Shown: one piece after another, positions 40,980 to 53,569 of the stretch
Numbering within the stretch: the stretch's first letter is position 1
How the letters are laid out: every line of letters begins with the position of its first letter
From: Octopus vulgaris
Taxonomy: Eukaryota
Direction of reading: 5' to 3'
Assembly: GCA_951406725.2 (NCBI GenBank)
Contig: OX597815.1
Span: forward strand, 209,932,001 to 209,996,000
Length of the DNA: 64,000 bases
Notes under the pieces: model-generated
The model's input: only the letters and a program-made list of their open reading frames with translations
Databases searched by the model: none
What the model was told of the DNA's origin: nothing
Made by a program: the position numbers and the translations under genes

Positions 40980-41900
40980 GAGCAACGATTTGGCAGAATC
41001 GTTAGGGTGTCGGAAAATGTTTTGTAGTATTCGTTCCAGCTCTTTGAATTCTGATTTCAAAATTCGTCAAGATCAACTTTGCTTTCAGCCTTTCCGGGTC
41101 GATAATATAAAGTGCCAGTGTCAGAATCAGTTAGGGCGGTACAATTGCATAACCATTACAACATCAGAAAACTCTTTCTGGCATTTCTTCCAGTGCTTTG
41201 TGCAGATGTCAAGTCTGGCTTTCTTCTCCCTGAGTTCCATAAAATATGGTACCACTCGAGTACTGGAGTTGGTGTATTTGATTATTGCTCTATTAAACGA
41301 AATTAGTGGCTTTGCATCTAAATTAGATGTATATATTATTAGGGTCATGGATTCACGGAATCATAAGACTGTCAAGAAAATCTGAGTTCGATTTACCCGT
41401 GAAATCAAACTTCAGCTTACGTCCTCCCGTTGCAGATGAAGTAATTATTTTATTGAAATCCTGGAGTCAGTTGACTAGAAGCAATGACTTTATGTGTTTG
41501 TTGCTAGAGGCTCGTCATTGAATTTTTTCATAGTAGAACACAGAGAACTAATTAAATACCGTCTTTAAGTCTTTGAAGATAATGTTAGCTCATCCACAGG
41601 GTATGGAGGTTTAAATCTGCGCAATAATACTTCTATTTTTACAGGGCCCTCTCTGGAATTTGTTGGGATCATGCCTACATTAGAAATAAAGTAAGGTTGG
41701 TGGAATTTAGGAATTATTAGCGCTTAAGAAAATGTCTGACAGCATTTGTTCCTATTTATTATGTTCTGAATTAGAAATCTCCAAGATCAAACATGCTTTT
41801 TGTCCTACTGGAATAGATAAAAGGAAATACTAGTCAAGTACTGAGTTTGTTATAATCAACTGAATTCGTCTCTACCATATCGATGCCCCAGCATCTAAAT
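40980..41900 (+). mobile_element. Cluster of old SINE family B fragments
   Basis: TTGGCAGAATCGTTAG head, CAACTTTGCTTTCAGCCTTTCCGGGTCGATAA and repeated partial bodies. Confidence 0.6.
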
Positions 41901-42099
41901 TAAAATAAATTATTTTCACTATAAACATGAAATAATCTTTGTATTTGTCACATATGCATCGAGTAAATGCTTTATGGTTCTAATAAAATAAAAGGCACAT
42001 ACGTTCATAGACATAGGAACACACATTCTCACACATATATGTATAAAGGAACTGGTGGAGAAGAGACAACCCGGGGGAAAAGTTAGTGATATAGATCTA

Positions 42100-43430
42100 T
42101 TCTGATATGGGTACTTACTGACTACCTTGACGTAAAGTTTTGAATATGTCATGTCGAAAATTTCCAAGTGACTCATATGCGCCATGTGAATACTCCATCA
42201 TTGTAGCCAGCAAGGCATCATGCCAGACTCTATTAAATATCGTTTCAAAGTCTGTAAAGATATGATATAGCTGTTTTTTGTGATGGAAGAATTTTTCCTC
42301 GAAGGGCACGGATTTTGAAGTTTTAGAAGTAATACCCCTAATTTTAAAAAGTCAGATTCTTTGTTATCTATCACGTGTTTTAATTGACGGAATGACTCCA
42401 GGATGTCGATCATTCGCCAGTCTACAAGTTTGTTTTTTTTTCATAGAGAATCGTAAGGATGTCTATTGTGATTCCGCCTGCATTCTTCAGCGGCTCAACA
42501 CGGATATTGTTGATTTACTTACATCTACTCCCAAGAATGTTTTTACCCTTTTCTTTTTATTCCGGATTGGCATCTTCTTTATGACAAGACATATTTTATC
42601 TGGTGATTCTAAGAGTATTCGGCAACAACATATTTTAATTTATATCATGCAAGATACAGTAAGCAACATAATCTCTCATTCGAAGTACCATTATATGAAC
42701 AGCTAACGAAATACTCAGGCTACTTTGTGCTTCATTCCCTATTTTGGCATTCAAGTCACTCTGTATGTTAAATATAACCTTCCTATATTTCTTGTTGATG
42801 ACATCTTGAAGCTCTTTACAGAATACTTCAGTGTGATAATCATCAACTTTGCCGTTGAAGCGTAGTATTGTGACGCTGGTTATAGCGCTTTGCCTGTTGG
42901 CAAATTGTTATAACTATACTTGACAATAATTGACATCTTAGTAAATTGTTCTTGACGGATTTGTGAAATAGGAACGTTATGATATTTTCATGGAAATTTC
43001 CTTCTTCGTAAGTAGAATACATGTTTTCAACAATCGGAGTTTCTACAATGTTTTCTCTTTTATTTTCGCAGATAATGATGTACCACGTATTCCTTCCAGC
43101 TCACGTGAGAGTTATTTTAGTTTTACATTTTGTTTCAGGCTTCCTATGTGCCATATAACGGTTGTGATGTTCTCCTTACCGCGATGCTTTTGTTTTGTCA
43201 CTCATAGTATAACTATTATATCCAATGTGGTGAAAGATATTTGGTATGCTCATTGGCAATCCTTGCTGTGACAGATCTCTTATAGAATAATAATTTCTCA
43301 GAATGAATTACAATTGCCTCAGTCATATCCAAGAAAAGATTTTCTCCTGAGACTCTGTGGCTATTATAGTACATGCTAAGAAATTGATTTTCGTTTTTCT
43401 TGACTCGTGGCTGTATCATAGTAGTCATTC
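42100..43430 (-). mobile_element. RTE-clade LINE, 5' portion (endonuclease to RT N-half), inverted
   Basis: Minus: ELQDVINKKYRKVIFNIQSDLNAKIG (APE GDFNAKIG) near 42740-42830; LYHIFTDFETIFNRVWHDALLATM (RT FIDFKKAFDRVWH) at 42115-42309. Confidence 0.75.
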
Positions 43431-44290
43431 ACCTATATTCAGTCAGCGGATCATGGAAGATAACCTTGAAAACCACGTGGGTGCAGTTATTATTGAAGTT
43501 GACAATATTACAAACAGATGATTTGCTAATGACGGGAGTAACTGTTAGGAAGGGGAAATGTAATTGCTTGAATTAGTCAGGCACCAAGTTAGAGCTACCA
43601 CCAAGATGGTATAGAAATGAATCCTGAAGAAATCAAACAAACTCAGCACCAGTGACAACGGCGCCAACCCAACAGACATATCTTTACAAGGACAAAAACT
43701 AGGGATATTGCAGAAGTTCAAATAGGCGGTAGCAATTATTAATGATAAAAGAGCAAGGGCTGGAATCATTGCAAAATCTGCAAAGACAATTATTGTACGA
43801 AGTAATTTCGAACAAATGTAGAAATATAAGAACATCATTACCAACAAGAAAATCAGGCTCCGATTTTCCTTGATTCGTTCCAAACTCCTGTATGCATGCG
43901 AGACATGGTCTGTAATGATAAAGATTGGGAAGACGATAATAGCATCGAAAATGATGTGCTATCGCAAAATCTTAGGTATTTCATTATTGGATTAAATTAC
44001 AAATGAGCATGCTTGCAAAATCATCAAGGATTAGAACTGGTCCCATGCAATTTTTCTCACAATAATAAACAAAAGCAAACTGAAGTGGTATGGCCATATA
44101 ACGATGATTCCGTCATATACCAACGTTGAAGGGGAAATATAGACGGACAAAAAACATCCAAAAACAGATGGACTAATCTTTAGATATGAACCGAGCTCTA
44201 GCACATAAGCACGAAAGAGGGAGACAGAACTGGTATACAATTTTTAACAACGTACGCCTGCAGCTCCATTGGTTGAGATCATAAGACTGG
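43430..44290 (+). mobile_element. RTE-clade LINE, 3' portion (RT C-half and C-terminus)
   Basis: Plus: QRIMEDNLENHVGAVIIEVDNITNR*FAND (cf. ITNLRFADD), LLYACETW, MMCYRKILGIS, KLKWYGHIT. Confidence 0.8.
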
Positions 44291-44519
44291 GAACAACCCA
44301 CCATCCATCCATCTTTGCATTTGTGTGTATGTGTGTGTGCGTGATTTGGGATGCAAATTCGAAAATAGGACTGAAAAAACCTAGTTATATCATTATTATT
44401 GAGTATTGTCAAAAGTTTCAGAGTAATTAAAGAGATGTGTTTTGTCAGAAATTCATCCATTCATATTACTCCATATTGAGTACAAAACAAATCGATAGAT
44501 GAAATCTTAAATATCACTG

Positions 44520-44554
<35 letters not shown>

Positions 44555-44587
44555 CACACACACAAATACACACATATATATATATAA

Positions 44588-44618
<31 letters not shown>

Positions 44619-45302
44619 CAACAATTGAGGGTAAAATTAATTAGTTATTAATCAATTTTACCAAGTAGTGTTCAGTATGTAAAAGGACCATTTAAGGCGA
44701 ATTCAAAATATTACATTATATAATTAGGGCTTAGTAAAATAAATTACTTTGCCACATACTGAACTTTCTAGAAATAGTAGCCAAAAAGTTTTTAGCCATT
44801 TCCACTACTTTAAGAAAAACTTCTCTCAGATAATGTTTACTCAAAAATAACTCACGAAGATATGGAGGTAAAAACAGTAAAATATCACAAGTACAAAGAT
44901 CATTTGAGAACGTCAACGTTTCTAGATTAGCCGAAATAAAACTCAGCATTTCTTTCGTCAGCTCAATGTTTCTTAATTTTGGATCTGAAAGCACTAACAA
45001 AATGAACATACCCATCCGATAATGTATCACCTCAGAAAAACATCTTCAAACTGCCAGTACTAGCAAATTCAAAATGTACAAGTGAAGATTCATGTTCCTT
45101 CCCCTTCCACCCACGTGAGTTATCTAGTAAACATATTTTAACGGTAAGCACCGTAGCCTCCATATCTTCGTGAGTTATTTTTGAGTAAACATTATCTGAG
45201 AGAAGTTTTTCTTAAAGTAGTGGAAATGGCTAAAAACTTTTTGGCTGCTATTTCTAGAAAGTTCAGTATGTGGCAAAGTAATTTATTTTACTAAGCCCTA
45301 AT

Positions 45303-45310
<8 letters not shown>
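44619..45310 (-). mobile_element. Fold-back PLE-type element between (TA)n tracts
   Basis: 154-bp inverted arms 44715-44868 and 45157-45310 (one mismatch seen); HHR in the spacer. Confidence 0.8.
44903..44970 (-). ncRNA. Hammerhead-like motif with canonical CUGACGA core
   Basis: CTGACGA-AAGAAATGCTGAG(loop)TTCGGCTAATCTA-GAAA-CG-TT; extended bulged stem II, AACGTT palindrome; stem I register uncertain. Confidence 0.55.
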
Positions 45311-45360
<50 letters not shown>

Positions 45361-45504
45361 TTGAATTATACGATAGTATAAAATTATACACATAAGGAAT
45401 CTACACCTAGGGTGAAGATTCAGCACATTACAGAGCCACAAAAATAATGGATAAGATTCGACAGGAACAAAAATTTGAAAATGGAAAACATTTACCATTT
45501 ATTA

Positions 45505-45581
45505 CCCCGGACCAATATTGGTTTCGGATCTTCTTTTAGCAAGTCATAGGAACTCATAAGGTCTGATCTTTCTCAACGAGG
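45505..45581 (-). ncRNA. Type I hammerhead ribozyme, U3-A8 variant (left arm)
   Basis: Inverted copy of 45717-45793. Confidence 0.7.
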
Positions 45582-45716
45582 ACCAACCTGGGGTTAAAAC
45601 ATGTAAGACAGAAGACAGGGAACTGCTATCTGCCTGCTGACTACACGAAGTAACTTTTCAAAATTTCTCTGCGCAATCGCTGTCTTCTGTCTTACATGTT
45701 TTAACCCCAGGTTGGC

Positions 45717-45793
45717 CCTCGTTGAGAAAGATCAGACCTTGTGAGTTCCTATGACTTGCTAAAAGAAGATCCGAAACCAATATTGGTCCGGGG
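45717..45793 (+). ncRNA. Type I hammerhead ribozyme, U3-A8 variant (right arm)
   Basis: CCTCG-TTGAGAA-AGATC(large loop)GATCC-GAAA-CCAATATTGG-TC-CGGGG; 12-nt palindrome ACCAATATTGGT; GUC site at 45786-45788. Confidence 0.7.
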
Positions 45794-45933
45794 TAATAAA
45801 TGGTAAATGTTTTCCATTTTCCAATTTTGCTCCTGTCGAATCTTATCCATTATTTTTGTGGCTCTCTAATGCGCTGAATTTTCACCCTAGGTGTAGATTC
45901 CTTATATGTATAATTTTACACTATCGTATAATT

Positions 45934-45975
<42 letters not shown>

Positions 45976-45978
45976 TAT

Positions 45979-46015
<37 letters not shown>

Positions 46016-46200
46016 GTTTACTTTTGTTGGCATTAGCCTGTTCTTTTAGTAAAACTATCGTATCTCCAGTTGCTACAGATGCTAATACATCAAAAATTGT
46101 AGAAGTGCAGTTCAACGGTCTTGCTATGAAATGTTGAAATTACTTTTTCGCTTTCTGAAAAAGCAACGTATTTATTTTTGCATAATAGCAACGATATATA

Positions 46201-46930
46201 CGTGATTTGATCAATAAATATCTGCACTGTTGCCATAGTAACGAAGCTAAAGCATGCAGAGTAAAGCTGCTTGGTACAGAATGACCTTGAACTCTGCTAT
46301 GCATGCGAACTAAGTTTTAACGTCCTAGCTTGCTTTCGTTGTTTTCAGCAATGCTTGGAAGGAACGTGTGTAACGTGTGATCATCGCAATGACCGTGAGA
46401 GAAAGTTGAACGGAAAATCTGCATCAAATTTTGCCAATAGCTTGGCGATGCCCGCTCAGAGGCCTACGCAAAGTTTTCAAAATGTTTTCATCTTTCTCGA
46501 CACAATCAAGGAGATCTTGTGCCCTTATGCACTGAAACTCGAGTGTCTTTCTGATCATCTGAAAGCAGTTTTGGCACGAACTTGTCAGACTCGCGTCTCA
46601 TACCCAAATCTGCACATCCTCTGATAAAACACGGATGGTGATTCGACGATTTCCCCTCACATCTGCACGCACATCTGCAATGTTTTTTTCAGTTATGCTG
46701 CTAGCGAGTATCTCAGAAAGTTGTTTACTATCGACATTTTCTCGGCCATCACGGAAACGTCTGAACCACTCGTACACTTGTGTGCGGCACATACGCTCCT
46801 CTCCATACACTTTGTGCAAATTTGCATAGTCTTCAGAGCAGGTATCACCATGACAACTTTCTCTGTCATGGCAATACAGATGTGTCGCAATGTATCTTCT
46901 CCTTTCGTAGAAAGAACATCAGCAACTTGA
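46201..46930. mobile_element. Mariner relic made of two 5' portions in opposite orientation
   Basis: Plus 46383-46490: ERKICIKFCQ*LGDARSEAYAK; minus 46870-46490: GDTCSEDYANLHKVYGEERMCRTQVYEWFRRFRDGRE..NRRITIR..DLGMRR..FVPKLLSDDQK; TA at 46199-46200. Confidence 0.8.
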
Positions 46931-48249
46931 AGGAAAGATCTTCAGTTATATGGAAAATCGAATATAAAATTACAGATACAAAAAGAAACGAACACGCAAT
47001 ATGGACAGAAATGAATTAAAAATAATCGGTATCAGATACGTATGTATAAACGCCCTCGCGCAAGCTGCATGGCGCGTGTACACTCGCTTATACAAACATT
47101 CATATAAATGTATGTATGTGTGTGTGTTTGTTGATGCGTGTGTGTGTGTGTGTGTCTGTTTGTGTATATATATTATGTGTGTGTACATATATACAAAACC
47201 ACAGCTGTGAAATATGCTAAATTTCGCGTGAGGAAAGAAACGAAAAGGAGTAAGAGAAAAGGGGATTGAAGAGAGAATGGGGTTATAGAAGGACGGTAAG
47301 TGAAATAGAGGGAAGATCTTGCACTCATCATGACCTTCAAAATTGCTTTGGAATGAATATACAAAGGCATGGTGTGTGGCGTGACCATCATTCACTTGTA
47401 GTCGCAAAGGAAAGCTTCTCCTTTTCAATCTAATAAAAGAAAAACTTACTGGTTATTCATCTAACATTTTTATACCTATACCACATGAATGCGTAACGCA
47501 AGTGATCGGCAGGTTATCTAAGCATATACGTGTTTCTTTGTTTGAGAGTTTGTGTGTATATATTTGTGAGTATAAACTATTTATACGGCCATGTATGTAT
47601 CTCTGCATAATCATATTTCTGATGCATATTCATATCAGTATGAATGTACGTTTGTACGTTAAAAGGGGAATATGTATGTAGGTGTATATGTGAATGTCTG
47701 TATATATCGTTCAGCATCTGGAAGCAAAACGTATATAATATTCGTTCATGTTCCTTTCAGTTCATTCCAAATTAATAATATTCTATACAACTTAATTGAC
47801 AGAATTATATCTGTTTCTTTGTGCGTGCGTAAAGGTTTATTTTTCTGGTCACAGATTTTCTTCCCTTCTATTTTTGTCTTTTTATAGAAAAGGTTGCTCT
47901 TTGTGCTGTTTCCATTGCTTACAGCTTCTTCGTTTTTCTTGTCTCTTGTAGATCCTCTCACCTTCATTCTTTTTGATTCGGAAGAACTACGAAGAAGGTT
48001 TATAGCTTATACACATGAAACACGACAGCTGAATAACTGCTAGCGTACTTACTTTAGTGAGCAAAGACCACATGAGTTCCTTAAAATAATCTTTATACGG
48101 ATTAGATGGAAACTTAGGTTCAATAATGCTAAACATATTTGACCATTATTTTAATTAGTCGGGATGACCCCTGTGGATAATTTCTCTCAACCCTTATAAT
48201 GAGGTGTCACTCTAACTTATATTCATTTCTTGTAGAACTATATGTATAC

Positions 48250-48751
48250 TAATCTGCTTGTTCGTTCTCCCGTTATAATTTAGTTAGTTAGAGAGGTGGA
48301 GATGGAGTGCGTGAGATGTGGGGTAAAAGTGAGAGAAGGAGAATTGTGAGAATAGAAGAAAGAAAAGAAGCGTATAATAATACATTAAGGCCAAATGGTT
48401 AGTTGAGGGAAGAAGTGAAGAGCGATAGAAAAAGAGGATGAAACAAAAGTGGGAGAGTGGGAGAGAGAAGTATTAATGATCTGCTATAGGTTGGGTACGG
48501 ACAGGTGAAGAGAAAGAAGGAAATGTTAAAGACAAGAAAAGGGGAATTACATCGTTAAATACTTTGTTGAAGAGGCAGAGAGAAAGAGGGAAATATAAAA
48601 TGCTTAGCAGAGGGAAATTTGAAAATCATATAATATATTATTGTAACTGGAAGTGAAATAACTTAGCAAAATAAAAATAAAATTCATTTCTTTCTTAAAT
48701 AACTTCTCTTAATCTCTTTCGCTCAGTGAAATTTCCACGGGTCCCACTAGT
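48250..48751 (+). mobile_element. Possible non-autonomous Helitron (3' end recognised)
   Basis: Subterminal hairpin CAGTG-AAATTTC-CACGG then CTAG|T at 48747-48751; similar end at 61331-61359; 5' boundary is a guess. Confidence 0.4.
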
Positions 48752-50600
48752 ATAATGTTATACTGATTGGATAAATGTTGATAAAGGTTTTGCTTCACTG
48801 AACAAATCTAATAAAGCCTGCCTAAATATGATCAGATTGCTGCCGCGTTTACGAATATTGCATACCATTGATATTAGTCTTCCGGGTAATATTTTCTATG
48901 TCTTCATTATGATTGTAATTTTATTAAGATTTCTAATCTATCGCCCATTTCCCTTCATCACATACAATTAACCTTTCATAACACAGATTTCACTGGATCA
49001 AATCAGTACATCTAGCTTTTATTTCCTTCCTCATTTCTTTTTCGCTAACCCTAGTAACAAAACATTTTAACGTTTGCCCATTCTTACAAGTAAAGACCAA
49101 AAAATCGTAGATTTTGCACACATTATGGCAATTTCACCTACATAAATTTCCGCTCATCATTGACCATTTTTCCTAATGCTTCTTTCCGTAGCTTCAATGG
49201 GGCCTTGCATGTCTTGAGTATTGAATTTCCGCAGGTATTTCTTGCCATGCTCGAAACATTAAGTTTTCTTTGAAGCAAAAGAAAGAAACATTGGAAAATA
49301 AGAAATAAGTGAAGCTATTTTAACGAACCTGGACAGGCTGCGAGTTAATTACAGATCTCAATTGCATGCAGATTATTGGATACAATAGCAACGTAGAACA
49401 ACTCTTCATACACATATACCACAGAGCAAAGACATTAGCAACTCCTTTTCTTGAAGAAGGACCCTAACCCTGAAATATTGATATAACAAGTAATAGTAAC
49501 AATCAACCAGTATTATTAATTTTTTTATAACTTGCAACCTATTGGCTTTTTATAAAAAATATCTAAAACAAAAACACACATATACGCACATATACATATA
49601 TATATATAGGTAGATAGATGACTTTTATGATTTTTTCTGTTGTATGTGAGCTGCACTTAACTAATTTAATTACGTTGTTATTGACATGTGTGATATATAG
49701 AGAATGATGTGCACATATGATAGCTTCAAAATTCTGTATTTCTTATATCACACATCATATTCTAGATGCAGACCTTACAAGAAGAAAAGTTTCTTTCCCT
49801 GATAGCCAACAAATTCTCTGTGGTTATTCACATTCGCTATATTTTACGAGGTTAAATAATATGAATCTACATTTTGTAGCATGTTTGCGGCTTCGGTTTA
49901 TTATATCGATTTCTTAAATGCACACGCCATGATAGAATATCATGAGCGTTCACCAAAAAATTAACTACATGCGTAGTTCCTTGTATAATCAGATGTAGTT
50001 CAATGGATAGAATTCTAGTGCCAGGATTACAGCTATCTTATCTTATATGATACAGATTATGAACCGTAGCATCGTTAGTTAAACGTCTCTGGTGGGTCGA
50101 TCACGCGCTCACTACACTTTTTATTGTAAGAGTTACAAGAAAACGCCTGTGCATTTCCGATGGGCAGACACAAAATATCTTCCAAATGTCACATGTGATT
50201 TTGTGATCAATGCATCAGTTCGTCTTCTTCATTGAGAGGTCCTGTAAACCGAATAATAACTTCACTGTCTCTATCTATCAAAAGTGGCCACAAAATGTTT
50301 GGTGAAATACAACATATACATGCTTGGAATCAGAATCGAAGTATAGATTTTGTACTTTTGAGAGTGCGACGTGTTTCTTAGTCCCAAAACAATGGCTTTC
50401 GCGTTTACAGAATGTCCTTTGTACACATTTGCAGATCACTCGGAATATCTCTAGCACAAAACACTTGAAATTTATCTACAAACTTGCAAGAATCGGTTGT
50501 TCTTTATTACAGCTGTGTGACATTAGGTTTTGTTGTAGCTGTATCTACGTTGACAGCGGAAGCACAGAAAACTGTTCTTTGTTGTAAGTTACTTGGAAGT

Positions 50601-50732
50601 AATGATGATGATGATGATGATGATGATGATAGCAATAATAATAACAATAATGTGTGATGGTAGTAGTAGCAGCAGCAACAACAACAACTGAAGAAGAAGA
50701 AGAAGGAGGAGGAGAAGGAGAAGAAGGAGAAG
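50601..50732. repeat. Compound trinucleotide run (GAT/AAT/AGT/AGC/AAC/GAA/GGA)
   Basis: Seen directly. Confidence 0.9.
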
Positions 50733-50734
50733 TG

Positions 50735-51075
50735 CTATTGATTTAGGCAGAAGGGCCGCAGTTTTTAAGGGAGAGATTAGTCGCTGGTATCGATCTAAGA
50801 CATGTGAAGATCAAAGTTCATCTCGCCGGAATCTGAACTCAGAGCGCACAAGTGAGAGAAAACGTTGCAAATCATTTTAACGATGCTTAGTCACTTCTGT
50901 CAATCCAAGTTGGAGGCCTTAAATATGTCAACAGTGCTAAGGCCGTACCATCGATCCTGACACTTGAGTGGTACTGTAATCTATTAATCCTCAAAATATA
51001 AAAAAGCAAATTTGATTTCTATGTGATTTAAACTCAGAACTTAAAGAGTTGGAAAAACAGCCCAACGCATTTTGA
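50735..51075 (-). mobile_element. Two old SINE family B fragments
   Basis: GGAATCTGAACTCAGAGCG and GATTTAAACTCAGAAC B-box-like segments with diverged bodies. Confidence 0.55.
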
Positions 51076-51488
51076 ACATCATAGACAATAACGTCTGTCT
51101 GATCGATTGGGTTGTGCAGTATTAACTTGTATAAAGTTTTCTTCACATATTATAAGACAAAAGACTGAAATAAAAACATATTCAGAAATGAACTACATAA
51201 AAATTACATCACTTCCCATTAAATTACAATATAACATGCACAAAATATGTCAATAAAATTAGTTTGTCTTTAATCTTAATGATTGTACATCGGAAAAGTA
51301 TAATTAAATGCTTAGTATGAATTCTTTTCGACATTATCTGTAACTGACAACTGATAGGTATTGATTCTTTCCTTTATGTTATTTCAAATTTATTGTTATT
51401 CTAATAAATGTCTGTTCGATCTTGAATTTGTTGTTTGATTGCAATTTGAGAGACTCACTTAATAACTGATGGCAAATCTATCTATCTG

Positions 51489-51548
<60 letters not shown>

Positions 51549-51823
51549 GGCTTTTCTTTCCACGGGTAAACCTCACCTGTCCTCCCCTTTACACTTCATA
51601 TTGACATTTCTGTGATAACGATCCCTATTGATCAATTTTTTTTTCCTTTCCCTCCCCCCTTTTTAAAAAAAAATTTATTCCCCCCTTTATTTTGTCCTCT
51701 TTCTTTCCCTTTACGATCCCTTTTGATCAAAAACCAAACCCCCTTTTTTTACCCCCAAAAGAAAAGCTCTACCTTGTAATTTGTCCTGTCTGTGTGCAGC
51801 CCTGTGTGGCTAATAAAGAAACA
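51549..51823 (+). mobile_element. Retroelement 3' end inserted in (TATC)n, copy 1 (longest)
   Basis: TTTACGATCCCTTTTGATC..AAAAGAAAAGCTCTACCTTGTAATTTGTCC..GCAGCCCTGTGTGGCTAATAAAGAAACA; (TATC)n on both sides. Confidence 0.8.
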
Positions 51824-51890
<67 letters not shown>

Positions 51891-51927
51891 TTGTTAGTCT
51901 GTCTGTCTCTATCTGTCTATCTATCTG

Positions 51928-51980
<53 letters not shown>

Positions 51981-52514
51981 TTGTCTATCTAGCTACTATC
52001 TGTTTGTCTGTCTGTTTGTCTATCAATTTATAAATTAGTCTATCAATCTATCTTTCTAGCTATATCTGCAGCTATCTATTTATCTATCTATATGAATGAA
52101 CATTTATCTTCTGCATTGTACCTTGTTACACGATTACTAAATATGATTGCATAAATATTTGTGAGACAGTTATAACTTAATAACATGGTTGTATATTAGT
52201 AATTTAATAGTATAGCATTTGTTACTTTCAAGTTTTAAACAACGTAACTATGTTTACGACGTTTATATTACAAGGAAAAGTACTTATTAATTCGTTTGGC
52301 GTACGTAACTTTTACTAAAGGAAAGCATTCATTAAAATCAACACTGTCTAGAAAACTCTTATACATCCAGCCTTTAACATTAAACAAATCAAAATATAGA
52401 TCTGAAAGATTCCTCATTACCAATTCCTGTGGGAGTTGAAAAATAGAAAGCAGTCAATAAATAACTTTTCTCCAAATTCTGGATACATTCTTCATTAATG
52501 TATAAAACATGTAC

Positions 52515-52569
<55 letters not shown>

Positions 52570-52688
52570 CAGACGGACCAAAATCCTTCACAGGGATGTC
52601 AAACATCCAAGTCTGCCGGTTCAATCTCAGCAAAGAATATATAAAAACTATATATTCAATATTTCCATAATCCCTATATACATATATA

Positions 52689-53551
52689 CGAGGGTGCCCA
52701 AAAGTGACCGGAAACATTTTCTGCAGAACGAGCCGCGAGAAGCCACTTCATGTAACCCCCAGGCATCCCTTTCAAACGGCGTCGTCATGTCCAGCCGTAC
52801 TACTACTTGGTGGATCTTTGTTTTGCAGTGCTTCTCCCCCTGTTCGTCGATTTTTGCGAGGAATGAAACGAAGAAACAACGTGCTTCTACGAAATTCTGT
52901 TTTCTGCTGAGGAAAACGGTGGTCGAAACATCTGACATGCTTCGAACAGCTTCAAAGGACGCTTCCATGAGCAAAACACAAGTTAAAGTTCCACACTTTA
53001 TGAATGGTTACATGTCACTTGAAGGCTACCCACGATCAGAATGTCCATTGACCTTCCGAACAAATGTAAACGTCAGGAAAATACGTGAACTGATCTTGGA
53101 AGACCGTCGCCGAAAAAGTGGCGAACTTGCTTATATGACTGGTGCTTTTACAAACGAATTTTGAGCGAATGAAAAATTAGGAATGAAAAATTGTATCAAA
53201 AATATGTTCCTGGTTGCTCACGGAAAATCAAAAGCAGTCAGGATTGAGTGAGTGTCTTGAATTGAAAAAAGCAGTTGGTAGTTGATCTGGACCGTTTTTC
53301 GAAGGTTATCACTGGTGACGAAATCTGGTACTATCGAATTTGAAGATGTGTAAGAGGTGAAGAAAAAAAGACGGGGGTGTTAAAAGGCATTACTTCGAAT
53401 GAGTTCCAGGACTGCTTAGAATGGTAGAAAATGCGTTTGGACTTATGCATTGCTTCAAATGGAGAATAATTTAAAGGCGATAAAAGTGCAAATATGTAAA
53501 AGTGAATTAAATAGTACTGCAAAATTTCGGTTTCTTTTGGTCAACCCATCG
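52689..53551 (+). mobile_element. Internally deleted mariner transposon
   Basis: Degenerate TIRs CGAGGGTGCCCAAAAGTGACCGG / CGGTTTCTTTTGGTCAACCCATCG within TA repeats; QRASTKFCFLLRKT..RELILEDRR HTH; FSKVITGDEIW; C-terminal CIASNGE. Confidence 0.88.
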
Positions 53552-53569
53552 TATATATATATATATAAG

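Larger units (their letters stand above)
45358..45939. mobile_element. Fold-back element with ~260-bp arms, each carrying an HHR, flanked by (TA)n
   Basis: Arms 45358-45618 and 45680-45939, 61-bp spacer, few mismatches. Confidence 0.88.

Noticed and set aside
50324-50587. Cys-rich ORF, possible piggyBac-type C-terminus on either strand
   Set aside because: Cys spacing unconvincing; no TIR or TTAA context found
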